Of a stretch of DNA of 64,000 nucleotides, positions 12,629-22,506 are shown piece by piece. The notes beneath the pieces are model-generated. The model saw only the letters and a program-made list of their open reading frames with translations, had not been told where the DNA came from and did no database searches. The DNA is from an uncultured Anaerolineaceae bacterium (GTDB lineage Bacteria; Chloroflexota; Anaerolineae; Anaerolineales; E44-bin32), in contig CAZNRD010000006.1 in NCBI GenBank assembly GCA_964575425.1, forward strand, positions 20,293-84,292, written 5' to 3'. Position 1 is the first letter of the stretch; each line of letters opens with the position of its first letter. Made by a program: the position numbers and the translations under genes.

Positions 12629-12880
12629 ATGGCGAAAGGGCGCATTACGGTTGACGTCGTCCTGTGCAAGGGCTGCGGGCTGTGTCTGACGGTGTGTCCG
12701 AAGCATGTGATCGAGCTTCGCCTGGACCGCCTCACGCCCAAAGGGTATCATCCGGCCTCGTTGGAGGATCCGAACGGGGAGTGCACGGGCTGCGGGATTT
12801 GCGCGGTGATGTGCCCGGACGCGGCGATCGCCGTCTACCGCTGGGTGCCGGCGGCCAAGGCTCCAGCGGAGGCAACGTAG
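12629..12880 (+). CDS. 2-oxoacid:ferredoxin oxidoreductase delta subunit (2x[4Fe-4S] ferredoxin)
   Basis: Motifs [12 protein letters not shown] and [22 protein letters not shown] lies upstream of the ATG at 12629. It is the first gene of a four-gene OFOR cluster. Confidence 0.8.
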   Translation: MAKGRITVDVVLCKGCGLCLTVCPKHVIELRLDRLTPKGYHPASLEDPNGECTGCGICAVMCPDAAIAVYRWVPAAKAPAEAT

Positions 12881-12890
12881 GAGGGGAGCG

Positions 12891-13955
12891 GTGGCGCTTG
12901 AGCTGTTGGAAGGCAACCGGGCATTTGCCGAGGCGGCCATCCGCGCCGGATGCCAGGCCTATTTCGGCTACCCGATCACGCCGCAAACGGAGGCGCTGGA
13001 GCACATGTCGCTGCGGATGCCGGAACTGGGCCGGGTGTTCATCCAGGCCGAGAGCGAGGTGGCCGCGATCAACATGGTGTACGGGGCAGCATGTGCCGGC
13101 GTGCGGACAATGAGCTCTTCGTCCAGCCCCGGCATCAGCCTGATGCAGGAGGGTCTCTCGTATATTGCCGCATCCGAGGTTCCGGTGGTCCTGGTCGATA
13201 TCATGCGTGGCGGGCCGGGGCTGGGGAACATCGCCCCGTCGCAGGGAGACTACAACCAGATCGTCAAGGGCGGGGGCCATGGCGACTACCGGCCGATTGT
13301 CCTGGCGCCGGCCACCATCCAGGAACTGATCGACTACACCGTCGAGGCCTTCGACCTAGCGGAGAAGTACCGCTGCGTCGTGGTCGTGCTGATGGATGGC
13401 AGCCTGGGGCAGATGATGGAGCCAGCGGAGCTGCCGCCGATGAGGCCGGAGCGCCAACCGAGCGAACGCCCTGGCTGGGCGCTGACCGGCGCCAGGGGGC
13501 GTGCGCCGAACGTCATCTCCTCGATCTACATGGATCCCGCACAAGAGGAGGTGTTCAACCTCCATCTGATGGAGAAGCAGAGGCAGATCGAGGTCAGTGA
13601 GGTCCGCTTCAAGGAATACGCGCTCAACAGCGCCGAAATCCTGGTCGTGGCCTTTGGCACCGCGGGCCGGGTGGCACAGTCGGCGGTGAAGCAGGCGCGC
13701 GACGAGGGCATAGCCGTCGGGCTGCTGCGCCCGATCTCGCTGGTTCCTTATCCCTATGCGCGCGTGCGGGAGCTGGCCGAGCAGGTCCGAGCGATCCTCG
13801 TGGTGGAGATGAACGGGGGGCAGATGGTGGAGGATGTGCGCCTGGCGGTGGAAGGGAAGGTGCCGGTGCACTTCTACGGCCGTATGGGCGGTGTAATGCC
13901 GCTGCCGGATGAGGTGCTTGACCAGATTCGCGGCCTGCACAGGGCCCTGGCATAG
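12891..13955 (+). CDS. 2-oxoacid:ferredoxin oxidoreductase alpha subunit
   Basis: The N-terminus [30 protein letters not shown] is typical of POR/KOR alpha subunits. Confidence 0.9.
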   Translation: MALELLEGNRAFAEAAIRAGCQAYFGYPITPQTEALEHMSLRMPELGRVFIQAESEVAAINMVYGAACAGVRTMSSSSSPGISLMQEGLSYIAASEVPVVLVDIMRGGPGLGNIAPSQGDYNQIVKGGGHGDYRPIVLAPATIQELIDYTVEAFDLAEKYRCVVVVLMDGSLGQMMEPAELPPMRPERQPSERPGWALTGARGRAPNVISSIYMDPAQEEVFNLHLMEKQRQIEVSEVRFKEYALNSAEILVVAFGTAGRVAQSAVKQARDEGIAVGLLRPISLVPYPYARVRELAEQVRAILVVEMNGGQMVEDVRLAVEGKVPVHFYGRMGGVMPLPDEVLDQIRGLHRALA

Positions 13956-13976
13956 CCCTTGCGGCGGGAGCGCAGC

Positions 13977-14756
13977 ATGACACAGGCAGACCTGGTCGAA
14001 ACGCTGGTGTACTCGCGTCCCGAGACGCTGCGGTACGTCCACACACACTACTGCCCCGGCTGCACCCATGGCGTGGCCCATCGGCTGATCGCTGAGGTTA
14101 TCGAGGAGATGGGGGTGCGGCAGGACACCGTCGGCATCGCTCCGGTGGGCTGCGCGGTCTTCGCCTATAGCTACCTCAACATCGACTTTGCCCAGGCACC
14201 CCACGGGCGGGCGCCCGCCATGGCCACCGGACTCAAACGCGTCAGCCCCGATAGGATCGTCTTCACCTATCAGGGAGATGGCGACCTGGCGGCGATCGGC
14301 ATGGCGGAAATCATCCACGCCGCTGGGCGGGGAGAGAACTTCACCACCATCTTCATCAACAACGCCATCTACGGCATGACCAGTGGCCAGATGGCTCCAA
14401 CAACTCTTCCGGGAATGAAGACCACTTCCACGCCCCTGGGTCGTGACGTGGAGATCCACGGCTTCCCTCTGCGCATGTGTGAGATCCTCTCTCAACTGGA
14501 TGGCGCGGTCTATGTCGTCCGCCGCAGCCTGCACGATCCGGCCAACATCCGCAAGGCGAAGAAGGCGCTGCGCCAGGCATTCGAGGTGCAGCGACAGGGG
14601 TTGGGGTTCTCGATGGTGGAGCTCCTTTCGAGCTGCCCGACGAACTGGGGCATCCCCCCGGAGAAAGCCCTGGAGTGGATTGAGCAGCACCTGATCCCGG
14701 CCTATCCGCTGGGTGACCACAAGGTGCATCCGGCCATTGCTGAGGCGAAGGGTTGA
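13977..14756 (+). CDS. 2-oxoacid:ferredoxin oxidoreductase beta subunit (TPP-binding)
   Basis: Contains CPGCTHG and the TPP motif GDGDLAAIG...NNAIYGMT. The ATG at 13977 is preceded by GGGAG. Confidence 0.9.
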   Translation: MTQADLVETLVYSRPETLRYVHTHYCPGCTHGVAHRLIAEVIEEMGVRQDTVGIAPVGCAVFAYSYLNIDFAQAPHGRAPAMATGLKRVSPDRIVFTYQGDGDLAAIGMAEIIHAAGRGENFTTIFINNAIYGMTSGQMAPTTLPGMKTTSTPLGRDVEIHGFPLRMCEILSQLDGAVYVVRRSLHDPANIRKAKKALRQAFEVQRQGLGFSMVELLSSCPTNWGIPPEKALEWIEQHLIPAYPLGDHKVHPAIAEAKG

Positions 14757-14763
14757 GGGCGGC

Positions 14764-15318
14764 ATGCAGACCGAGGTCATCATTTCGGGCTTTGGCGGAC
14801 AAGGGGTCTTGTTTGCGGGGCAGCTCATGGCCTACGCGGCACTGGAGCAGGGAGGGCACGTCACCTGGATCCCTTCCTACGGGCCGGAGATGCGCGGGGG
14901 AACGGCGCACTGCGTGGTCATCGTCAGCGACGAGGAAATCGGTTCGCCGATTGTGCGCAACCCAACGGCAGCGGTCGTGATGAACCTGCCCTCGCTCGAG
15001 CGCTACGAAGCGCTGGTGAAGCCGGGCGGCGTGCTGATCGTGAACGCCTCCCTTGTCGACCGCAGCCCGCGCAGGGACGACATCGATGTCGTCATGATCC
15101 CGGCCATCGAGGTCGCGGAGGAACTTGGGGACAAGCGCTTGGCGAACCTGGTGTTGCTGGGGGCGCTGCTAGAACGGCTGCCGGTGTTGACCTTCGAGTC
15201 CATCGAGAAGGCCCTGCGGGGTCACATCGCCGAACACCGGCGCCACCTGATCGAGGCGAATCTGAGGGCGCTGGAGGAAGGGAGGGCGCGTGCACGCGAG
15301 CGGGCGCCGGCCGCTTGA
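14764..15318 (+). CDS. 2-oxoacid:ferredoxin oxidoreductase gamma subunit
   Basis: [15 protein letters not shown] glycine motif, 184 aa, immediately after the beta subunit. Confidence 0.9.
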   Translation: MQTEVIISGFGGQGVLFAGQLMAYAALEQGGHVTWIPSYGPEMRGGTAHCVVIVSDEEIGSPIVRNPTAAVVMNLPSLERYEALVKPGGVLIVNASLVDRSPRRDDIDVVMIPAIEVAEELGDKRLANLVLLGALLERLPVLTFESIEKALRGHIAEHRRHLIEANLRALEEGRARARERAPAA

Positions 15319-15338
15319 GAGAGCGCTGTGACCGGCAC

Positions 15339-15362
15339 GGGCCATCCATATACGGATGGCCC
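15339..15362. terminator. hairpin between convergent genes (GGGCCATCC-ATATAC-GGATGGCCC)
   Basis: Perfect 9-bp stem with a 6-nt loop, between the OFOR gamma stop (15318) and the minus-strand gene stop (15422). There is no strong U-tract. Confidence 0.45.
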
Positions 15363-15421
15363 GATTCGCGTTCCGTACGCGGCCCATGCGCCTTGCGGAG
15401 CGTGAGCCGCTCGGGTTCGGT

Positions 15422-16012
15422 TCACGCCGCCAGCGCGGCTCCACACTGCGGGCACTTCGCTGTCCCGGCCGGCGCCACAAACCCGCACTTGTTGCATGCC
15501 AAGGGCTGCTGAGGGCCCAGAGGGGCGCCGCAGGCGACGCACCGGCTCTCGCCAACCGGGTTTGCCGTCCAGCAGTAGGCGCAGGTCACGCGCCGCAGGC
15601 GTTCCGACAGCTCCTGTGAGGCTCCCAGGCTGGCGGCCGTTCGATCAATGGTCGCCCAGATGCGCTGCGCCAGCTGCAGCGACTCGATGTCTTGCGCCAG
15701 GTCATCCAGGCGGCCCAGCAGGCTGAGTGGATTGCGCAGTGCCGCCAGTGCCGTCTGGCCCAGACTGGCGGCCACTCCCAGCCACTGCTGTTCACCAAGG
15801 CGAACCAACACGCCGTCCTCCACGGGCAGCAGTTGAATGCTGATCGCCGTCTGCCCTCCCGAGGCGCGTAACCGGCGGCTGGCGATCTGCACCAGGCGCT
15901 CTCGACCCTGGCCCAAGGCCTGCGCCTCCAGATTTCCCTGGTCGAACTCCGCGATCAGTGCGCTCGCCAGATCGTCCGGGGCAATCGGTCCGTGGTAGGT
16001 GCGCTGGTCCAT
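15422..16012 (-). CDS. hypothetical protein with C-terminal double zinc ribbon
   Basis: C-terminus is CAYC..CVACG..CNKCG..CPQCG. The start is taken at MDQRTY (ATG 16012), because the longer 492-aa ORF runs antisense through the SH3 gene. Confidence 0.6.
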   Translation of the reverse strand: MDQRTYHGPIAPDDLASALIAEFDQGNLEAQALGQGRERLVQIASRRLRASGGQTAISIQLLPVEDGVLVRLGEQQWLGVAASLGQTALAALRNPLSLLGRLDDLAQDIESLQLAQRIWATIDRTAASLGASQELSERLRRVTCAYCWTANPVGESRCVACGAPLGPQQPLACNKCGFVAPAGTAKCPQCGAALAA

Positions 16013-16078
16013 TGTCTCTCTTGGGCAGCCCGCGTAGTATAATGCCTGTTCACTCGTTGAGCAACGCGGAGCATCTCC

Positions 16079-16687
16079 ATGCGACGGTGGTCCTGGCTGA
16101 TGCCAATCGGGCTCCTGGGGACAATGCTGCTCAGCACGGCTGGCAGTCTGCCAGGACTTTCTGCTTCCCAGGTCAGCCAGTTCATTGCGACCGTCACCAG
16201 CACCCCCAGCGGGCCGATGGTGATTGCGCCCGACCAGGTCAACGTCCGGAGCGGACCCGGGGCGAACTACGATCGCATTGGTGTGTTGGCGGCCGGCCAG
16301 CGGGCGCCTGCGCTTGGCCGGTCTCCCGGCGGGGACTGGATCCAGATCGTCTACCCCGGGGTGCGGGGGAATGTCGGCTGGGTCTACGCCTACAATGTCA
16401 GTCTGGAGGGAGGCGGGATTCTCGCGGTGGTTGAGCCGCCGCCGCTGCCGACGGAGCGCGCCACGGCGACGATTGACCCCACGCTGGCAGCCCAGTTCCC
16501 CAATCTTGGCCGTCCGGCGGCCACCCGCCTGCCCACCTTCACCGCCGCTCCGCCCGTCGTGCAGCCGACGTTCTCGGTCTCGGATGGCCGGGGACAAGGG
16601 TTCGGCTTCCCCCCCATCTTGGCCATCCTTGGGCTGCTGGTGGTGGGAACGCTTGGCACGGTCATCTCGGTCCTGAGGGGGCGCTAG
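16079..16687 (+). CDS. SH3b domain protein with signal peptide and C-terminal TM anchor
   Basis: Bacterial SH3 signature VNVRSGPGANYDRIGVLAAGQ...GDWIQI...GWVYA, a hydrophobic N-terminus, and a C-terminal helix PPILAILGLLVVGTLG. Confidence 0.7.
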   Translation: MRRWSWLMPIGLLGTMLLSTAGSLPGLSASQVSQFIATVTSTPSGPMVIAPDQVNVRSGPGANYDRIGVLAAGQRAPALGRSPGGDWIQIVYPGVRGNVGWVYAYNVSLEGGGILAVVEPPPLPTERATATIDPTLAAQFPNLGRPAATRLPTFTAAPPVVQPTFSVSDGRGQGFGFPPILAILGLLVVGTLGTVISVLRGR

Positions 16688-16925
16688 GTTGGCGGGGAGA
16701 CCGACTGCTGCCTCGGAGTCCGGCGGCGTAGGCGGGCACGCGGCGCGCGTGGGACAGCCCGCGGGTTTGCGCGGGACGCTCCGGGTCGCGTCCGCATGGG
16801 GCATGGTGGCCAACCTCGGGCCGTTCGCATGTGCATCAGCGGTGCGGTCCTCAAGACCTCCCCGAATATCCACTGATCGAAGCTCAGTTGATTCTGTCAA
16901 AACGCATCCAGTAAATCGCTTTGTC

Positions 16926-16953
16926 TTGACACTCCCTTCTGAGAGGGTATAAT
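16926..16953 (+). promoter_or_regulatory. consensus sigma70-type promoter TTGACA-16 nt-TATAAT upstream of nuoB
   Basis: Exact TTGACA at 16926-16931 and exact TATAAT at 16948-16953, about 90 nt upstream of the nuoB ATG. Confidence 0.6.
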
Positions 16954-17040
16954 TCCCGTCCGGAAGGGTGGGGCCTGGGGGCCGGGGGATGCCAGGCCCC
17001 AGTCTTGCGAATAGCGCCCGTGTCAGGAGGTCTGAGGTCG

Positions 17041-17661
17041 ATGCCAGATGATCTGACCAGCCCTGGATACGACATTCCTGGCGAGCTGAAGGGCCAGCTG
17101 ACTGTCACCACTCTGGATCGAATCTACAACTGGGGCCGCCGCGCTTCCGTCTGGCCGATGCTGTTCGGGCTGGCGTGCTGCGCCATTGAGATGATCTGCA
17201 CGGCTGCCAGCCGCTTCGACCTGGCTCGCTTTGGCATGGAAATCATGCGCCCCAGTCCGCGACAGGTGGACCTGATGATCGTCTCGGGGACTGTCACCAA
17301 GAAGATGGTTCCGCTGATCGTCCGCCTCTACAACCAGATGCCCGAGCCCAAGTACGTGCTGGCCATGGGAGCCTGCGCCTCGGGCGGCGGCCCATTCAAG
17401 GAAGGCTACAACGTCGTCTCCGGCATCGATCAATTCCTGCCCGTGGATGTCTACGTGCCCGGCTGCCCGCCCACGCCGCAGGCTCTGCTTCACGGGCTGA
17501 TCGCCGTGCAGCGCAAGATTGAGCGGGAGTCACTGCGGCAAGCGCGTTGGTACCGTAGAGGCCAGGCGGAAGCCATCCCTATGCCGCTCCTCGGGCCCGA
17601 CCTGATCGACCCGCGCAATCCTCCCCGGCCTCGGCCCGACTCGAAGGCTGCCCAGGGCTGA
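17041..17661 (+). CDS. nuoB: NADH-quinone oxidoreductase subunit B
   Basis: N2 cluster ligands [19 protein letters not shown] and VPGCPP. RBS AGGAGG precedes the ATG at 17041. Confidence 0.9.
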   Translation: MPDDLTSPGYDIPGELKGQLTVTTLDRIYNWGRRASVWPMLFGLACCAIEMICTAASRFDLARFGMEIMRPSPRQVDLMIVSGTVTKKMVPLIVRLYNQMPEPKYVLAMGACASGGGPFKEGYNVVSGIDQFLPVDVYVPGCPPTPQALLHGLIAVQRKIERESLRQARWYRRGQAEAIPMPLLGPDLIDPRNPPRPRPDSKAAQG

Positions 17662-17687
17662 TATCCCAGGATCGCGTTGGAGAGGAC

Positions 17688-19433
17688 ATGACTGACCACG
17701 TCGGCACGCAGCAGCTCGAGACTGTGCTTGCTCGTTTCGGCGATCAGGTTCAGCCCGACCCCCGACCCGGCTTCTCCGGGTACATCGTTCAGCCTGCTCG
17801 CCTGCTGGAATTCGCTTCTGCCTTGCGCCAGGAACTCGGCTACGACCTGCTCTCGTCCCTCACCGGCGTGGACTACCTGCCAGAGGGCAAGATGGAGGTG
17901 GTCTATCACGCCCAACGGACCGGCGGGGGCCCCCCTCTGGTGTACAAAGTCCAGGTGCCGCGCGACAACGCAGTCGTGCCCTCGCTGGTGCCCATCTACC
18001 CGGGCGCAGACTTTCAGGAGCGAGAGGCGTGGGACCTGCTGGGCATCCGCTTCGAGGGGCACCCGCATCTCCTGCGCATCCTGATGTGGGAAGGCTTCCA
18101 CGGGCATCCTCTGCGCAAGGATTGGCGAGAGGCCTACTTCGAAGAGGAGACCAAGCCCTTCAAGAGCCGCTCGCCCGCCGGCAAACCGCAGCGCATCGAG
18201 GACAAAGTTCCCTATCATCACAACGTTTCCTTCCCGCCGGACTTCACGGTGGAGGGTTGGGTCCCGGAGGGCGAGTCGGCGACCTACGCCGCTCTCGGCC
18301 ACGTCGGCGGTGACGGCCGCGACGAAATGCTGGAGACCGACCACCTGATTGTCAACCTGGGGCCCCAGCATCCATCGACGCATGGCGTGTTCCGCATGGT
18401 GGTTCGGCTGGAGGGCGAGACAATCGTCGCCCTGGAGCCGGTGATGGGCTACCTGCATCGGAATCACGAGAAGATTGGCGAGCGCAACACCTACCTGATG
18501 AACATGCCTTTCACTGACCGCCTGGACTACTTCTGCTCGATGAGCAACAACTTCGGCTATGCCCTGGCGGTGGAAAAACTGATGGACATCAAACCCCCGG
18601 AGCGCGCCGAGTACATCCGGGTGATGATGGCGGAGCTCACCCGCGTCTGCAATCACCTAGCGGCTATCGGCTTCCTGCTCAATGACCTGGGTGCCTATTT
18701 CACGCCGGTGCTTTATGCGCTGGAGGAGCGAGAGCTCATCCTCGATGTCTTCGAGGCCGTCTCCGGCTCGCGCATGATGTGTAACTACTTCCGCTTCGGC
18801 GGTGTGGCGCGCGATCTGCCCGAAGGGACGCTGGAGAGAGTCCGGGATCTCGTCTATGAGCGCCTGCCGCGCCGCATCGACGACCTCGATCGCTACCTGA
18901 CGGAGAACGAGATCGTCCAGATTCGCGGCTTCGGCGTCGGGGTCCTGCCCCCGGAGAAGGCCATTGCCTACTCGGTCACAGGTCCGGTGCTGCGCGCCTC
19001 CGGCGTCCCGTTCGACCTGCGCCGGGCGGATCCGTACTCGATCTACGATCGCCTCGAGTTCGACGTGGCGGTGCGCTATCACGGCGATGTGTATGACCGC
19101 TATGTAATCCGCATGGACGAGATGCGGCAGAGCCTCCGCATCCTGCAGCAGGTCGTGCGCGACATCCCCGGCGGCGAGATCATGGCCGGCAAGCCGCAGC
19201 ACCAGGTGCGCGTTCCCCCGGGCGAGGCCTACGGCCGGGTGGAGAGCCCGAAGGGAGAACTCGGCTACTACATCGTCTCGGACGGAAAACCGAATCCGTG
19301 GCGTTACCATGTGCGCGCCCCGTCGTTCATCAACCTGACGCCGCTGGGGGAACTGTGCAAGGGGCACAAGGTTGCCGACAGCGTCGTCATCCTGGGCTCA
19401 GTCGATATCGTCCTGGGTGAGGTTGACCGCTAG
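17688..19433 (+). CDS. nuoCD: fused NADH-quinone oxidoreductase subunit C/D
   Basis: The N-terminal ~170 aa are NuoC-like ([16 protein letters not shown]). After a ~60-aa linker comes NuoD ([14 protein letters not shown] ... [10 protein letters not shown]). No NiFe-hydrogenase CxxC ligands are present. Confidence 0.9.
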   Translation: MTDHVGTQQLETVLARFGDQVQPDPRPGFSGYIVQPARLLEFASALRQELGYDLLSSLTGVDYLPEGKMEVVYHAQRTGGGPPLVYKVQVPRDNAVVPSLVPIYPGADFQEREAWDLLGIRFEGHPHLLRILMWEGFHGHPLRKDWREAYFEEETKPFKSRSPAGKPQRIEDKVPYHHNVSFPPDFTVEGWVPEGESATYAALGHVGGDGRDEMLETDHLIVNLGPQHPSTHGVFRMVVRLEGETIVALEPVMGYLHRNHEKIGERNTYLMNMPFTDRLDYFCSMSNNFGYALAVEKLMDIKPPERAEYIRVMMAELTRVCNHLAAIGFLLNDLGAYFTPVLYALEERELILDVFEAVSGSRMMCNYFRFGGVARDLPEGTLERVRDLVYERLPRRIDDLDRYLTENEIVQIRGFGVGVLPPEKAIAYSVTGPVLRASGVPFDLRRADPYSIYDRLEFDVAVRYHGDVYDRYVIRMDEMRQSLRILQQVVRDIPGGEIMAGKPQHQVRVPPGEAYGRVESPKGELGYYIVSDGKPNPWRYHVRAPSFINLTPLGELCKGHKVADSVVILGSVDIVLGEVDR

Positions 19434-19472
19434 GCACGCTGCCGGCAAGTGGCGATCGACGTGGAGAGGCGA

Positions 19473-20090
19473 ATGTACGGCATCGGAATCCTCAAGGGGC
19501 TGGGCGTCACCCTCAAGCATTTCATCCTGTCGTACGTAGACGACGTGCGCTGGCTCGGCCGCCGCTACCGCAATCCGGAAGCCCTGACGGTTCGGCAGAG
19601 CCCGAGGGGCAAAGGGGTCTTCACCGTCCAGTACCCGGAGGAGAGACTCCCCTTGCCGGAGGAGTTCCGCTTCATCCCGTTCCTGGTCTACGACGAAGGC
19701 GTGGAGGGGGAAAAGCGGGTGCGCTGCACTTCTTGCGGCATCTGTGCCAGGGTTTGCCCACCGCAGTGCATCTGGATTGAGCGGACGGTCGATCCGGCCA
19801 CGGGCAAACCAGCGCCGGCTCCACGGGAGTTCGCCATCGATGTGGACCTGTGCATGAATTGCGGTCTGTGCGCCGAATACTGTCCCTTCGATGCCATCAA
19901 GATGGACCACGATTATGAGCTGGCGACATACGACCGACACGCGGATAACATCTTCACTCTCGAGAGGCTGCTCAAGCCCGCCAGCTACTACGCTTCGATC
20001 CGCCCGACCAGCTTTGCACGAGAAGAAGCGGCACGGGCAGAGAAGCAAGCCGCCAAAGCCGCCGGCAAGGCTGATGAGGTGCCTGCCTAG
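19473..20090 (+). CDS. nuoI: NADH-quinone oxidoreductase subunit I
   Basis: CTSCGICARVCP and CMNCGLCAEYCP ferredoxin motifs. The ATG at 19473 has RBS GGAGAGG (a GTG at 19449 is an alternative). The C-terminal tail is Lys/Ala-rich. Confidence 0.85.
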   Translation: MYGIGILKGLGVTLKHFILSYVDDVRWLGRRYRNPEALTVRQSPRGKGVFTVQYPEERLPLPEEFRFIPFLVYDEGVEGEKRVRCTSCGICARVCPPQCIWIERTVDPATGKPAPAPREFAIDVDLCMNCGLCAEYCPFDAIKMDHDYELATYDRHADNIFTLERLLKPASYYASIRPTSFAREEAARAEKQAAKAAGKADEVPA

Positions 20091-20119
20091 CTTCAGCCGG
20101 GCCCTGGAGGGCATCCCTG

Positions 20120-20494
20120 GTGTACCAGCGTGACACGGAAATGCTCTTCCCGGTTCGGGTGGCGCCTGCGCTGCGCAGCCTGCGAGGCGCGATGTGGTCG
20201 CGACTGGTGGATCGAGCCACCAGGGCCGCCGACGGCTCGCTCGATCAACTGGCCTTCTGCCTGATGATGATCCGTCTGGCGAGCTGCCTGACGTGTCACA
20301 CCGATTCGTACCGGGCGATGCGGGGCTGCACGCAGTGCGCGGCCCAGGTTGTGCGCCGCTTCCGCGGTGATGACGCGGAGCTGGCAACTTTGTTCGAGCG
20401 CGCCCGCGCCGAGATCGCGCTCCATCTGGAAGTCGATGCGCGGGGAGGGCGGGAGGTCTGCAGCCCGGCATTCGAGGTGATCCATGAGTCATGA
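20120..20494 (+). CDS. small hypothetical cysteine-motif protein (CxxC-x11-CxxC)
   Basis: 124-aa ORF with GC-rich third positions. Motif SCLTCHTDSYRAMRGCTQC. Its end overlaps the following Fe-S carrier gene by 11 nt. Confidence 0.5.
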   Translation: MYQRDTEMLFPVRVAPALRSLRGAMWSRLVDRATRAADGSLDQLAFCLMMIRLASCLTCHTDSYRAMRGCTQCAAQVVRRFRGDDAELATLFERARAEIALHLEVDARGGREVCSPAFEVIHES

Positions 20495-21572
20495 CGAAAA
20501 ACCCGCCGTCAGCGCCGAAGCCGTCCTGGAGGCGCTGCGCGGCGTCCAGGATCCGGAGCTGGGGAAGGACTTGGTAAGCCTGGGTATGATCAAGGACCTG
20601 AAGGTCGAGGGCGGCCAAGTCTCCTTTCGCCTGGAGCTCACCACGCCAGCCTGTCCCTTGCGCGACCGGATCCAGCAGGAAGCGCGGCAGGCGGTGGAGG
20701 CGCTGCCGGGAGTGCGCGGCGTCGATGTCCTGATGAGCGCACGCGTGCCTTCCGACGGCCGCAGCCGGGGGATGTTGCGGCTGCCCATCCGCAACGCAGT
20801 GGCAGTGGCGTCGGGTAAGGGCGGTGTGGGCAAGACGACCGTGGCCGTCAATCTGGCTGTCTCGCTGGCCAGGGCGGGTTCCAGAGTCGGCCTGCTCGAC
20901 GCTGACATGTACGGACCGAACGTCCCGACCATGATGGGCGTGGAGACAATGCCCCCGCCTCAGGACGGCCGGATGATCCCGGCGCTGGCTCACGACGTGC
21001 GCGTGGTGTCGATCGGATTCCTCGTACCGCCAGGGCAGCCCCTGATCTGGCGGGGCCCGATGCTTCATTCTGCCATTCGCCAGCTCCTCTTTGACGTCGA
21101 GTGGGGCGAATTGGACTACCTTGTCATCGACCTGCCTCCCGGGACCGGCGATGCGCAGCTCAGCCTGGCGCAGTCGATCCCGCTCAGCGGGGGCGTCATC
21201 GTCACCACGCCGCAGCAGGTGTCGCTGCAGGACGCGCGGCGCGGCCTGGAGATGTTCCGCGCTCTCGACGTGCCAGTCCTGGGGGTGGTGGAGAACATGA
21301 GCTTCCTCGAGCTGCCCGGCGGTGGGCGAATGGACATCTTCGGCCAGGGAGGCGGCGAGGTGCTGGCCCGTGAAGCGGGCGTGCCCTTCCTGGGCTCGGT
21401 ACCCATCGACGCGGCGGTCAGGGAAAGCGGCGACTGCGGCGTGCCGGTCGTCATCTCCAGGCCCGATACGCCCGTGGCCAAGGCCCTGGTGGCGGTGTCG
21501 CAGGCCATCGCCGCGCGGCTGAGCGTCGCCGCAGTGTCCTCGGCCGACACCTCGATTCGGATAACGGACTGA
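20484..21572 (+). CDS. apbC: Mrp/NBP35/ApbC-family Fe-S cluster carrier ATPase with N-terminal DUF59-like domain
   Basis: N-terminal VQDPELGKDLVSLGMI...TTPACPL, deviant Walker A ASGKGGVGKTT, and a ParA-like core. Confidence 0.9.
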   Translation: MSHDEKPAVSAEAVLEALRGVQDPELGKDLVSLGMIKDLKVEGGQVSFRLELTTPACPLRDRIQQEARQAVEALPGVRGVDVLMSARVPSDGRSRGMLRLPIRNAVAVASGKGGVGKTTVAVNLAVSLARAGSRVGLLDADMYGPNVPTMMGVETMPPPQDGRMIPALAHDVRVVSIGFLVPPGQPLIWRGPMLHSAIRQLLFDVEWGELDYLVIDLPPGTGDAQLSLAQSIPLSGGVIVTTPQQVSLQDARRGLEMFRALDVPVLGVVENMSFLELPGGGRMDIFGQGGGEVLAREAGVPFLGSVPIDAAVRESGDCGVPVVISRPDTPVAKALVAVSQAIAARLSVAAVSSADTSIRITD

Positions 21573-21591
21573 GGGCAGTGGAATAGGTCGC

Positions 21592-22506
21592 ATGGACAGC
21601 GCACAGGTCACAGCGCGAGTGGTTGGCATCCGCTTCCACAGGTTGGGGAAGCTCTACCATTTCGACGCTTCCTCCGTGCCCGACCTGAAGGCTGGGGACT
21701 ATGCCGTCGTGACCACTAGCCGGGGGCAGGAGCTTGGACAGGTGGTGGGGTTTGTGGAGAACCCCGAACCGCCGCCGGAGGGCTCCTGGAAAGCGATCGA
21801 GCGGCGGGCCACGCCGCACGACCTGGTCTTGCGGCGGATCTGGGCAGGTCGTGAGGCCGAGGCCACGATCGAATGCCGCGCCAAAGCCCACGAGCTCGGG
21901 CTGAAAGAGATCAAGATCGTACGAGTGGAGTTCTCTTTCGACGGCTCGCGCCTGGCACTCATCTACACCTGTGAGGATGAAGGCAAGGCTGAGTTGAAGG
22001 GTCTGCGGGAAGCGATGCAGCAAGCCTTCCGCAAGGCTCGCGTCGAGATGAAACACATCGGCCCACGCGATGTGGCCAAGTACCTCGGCGGGATGGGCGC
22101 CTGCGGCATCGATGTCCGCTGCTGTTCAAGGTTCCTGACGGAGTTCAGCCCGGTTTCCATCAAGATGGCCAAGGCCCAGGGGATCTCGCTCAATCCGCAG
22201 GAGATCACGGGCATGTGTGGCCGGCTGCGCTGCTGCCTTGTCTATGAGTACGAGCAGTACGTGGAGGCGCGCAAACACCTTCCCAAGAAGAACAAGCGGG
22301 TGGTCACCCCGCGGGGCGAGGGCAAGGTGGTGGATGTCGTCCCGCTCAAGGAAGCGGTCATCGTTGCCCTCGACGATGGCGAGAGGGCCGAGTTCGACAT
22401 GGACGAACTCCATCCTTACGATGAACTGAAGGCGCTGGAGCACAAGTCGAAGGAGTCGTGCGGTCGAGAAGAGGGCGGCTGCAGCCGCAGGCAGGGCGAG
22501 CTGTGA
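21592..22506 (+). CDS. PSP1 domain protein (YaaT/RicT-like)
   Basis: N-terminal VVGIRFHRLGKLYHFD...GDYAVVTTSRGQELG and a Cys cluster GMGACG..RCCSRFL..GMCGRLRCCL. Confidence 0.8.
   Translation: MDSAQVTARVVGIRFHRLGKLYHFDASSVPDLKAGDYAVVTTSRGQELGQVVGFVENPEPPPEGSWKAIERRATPHDLVLRRIWAGREAEATIECRAKAHELGLKEIKIVRVEFSFDGSRLALIYTCEDEGKAELKGLREAMQQAFRKARVEMKHIGPRDVAKYLGGMGACGIDVRCCSRFLTEFSPVSIKMAKAQGISLNPQEITGMCGRLRCCLVYEYEQYVEARKHLPKKNKRVVTPRGEGKVVDVVPLKEAVIVALDDGERAEFDMDELHPYDELKALEHKSKESCGREEGGCSRRQGEL

Noticed and set aside
13356-14828. A 490-aa minus-strand ORF lies opposite the OFOR alpha/beta genes, and a 466-aa plus-strand ORF at 37363-38763 lies opposite ald.
   Set aside because: Both are shadow ORFs. 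The opposite strands encode unmistakable TPP-binding and Rossmann-fold enzymes.
16013-16900. An upstream extension would give the zinc-ribbon protein ORF a total length of 492 aa.
   Set aside because: The extension is Arg/Pro-rich and runs antisense through the SH3b gene (16079-16687). An internal ATG at 16012 gives a compact protein and a normal divergent intergenic region.
17041-20090. nuoB-nuoCD-nuoI might be a group 4 [NiFe] hydrogenase (Ech/Mbh-like) module.
   Set aside because: The large-subunit homologue has GPQHPSTHG at the N-terminal ligand site and ends [10 protein letters not shown]. It lacks both CxxC Ni-Fe ligand pairs. No hyp maturation genes or membrane subunits are present.
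20120-20494. The CLTCH motif might be a c-type cytochrome haem-binding site (CxxCH).
   Set aside because: There is no signal peptide or TM segment for export. The motif is more simply read as half of a CxxC-x11-CxxC metal site.
19398-21629. A 743-aa minus-strand ORF lies opposite nuoI, the Cys4 gene and mrp.
   Set aside because: It is a shadow ORF across three well-supported plus-strand genes, with no domain signatures.
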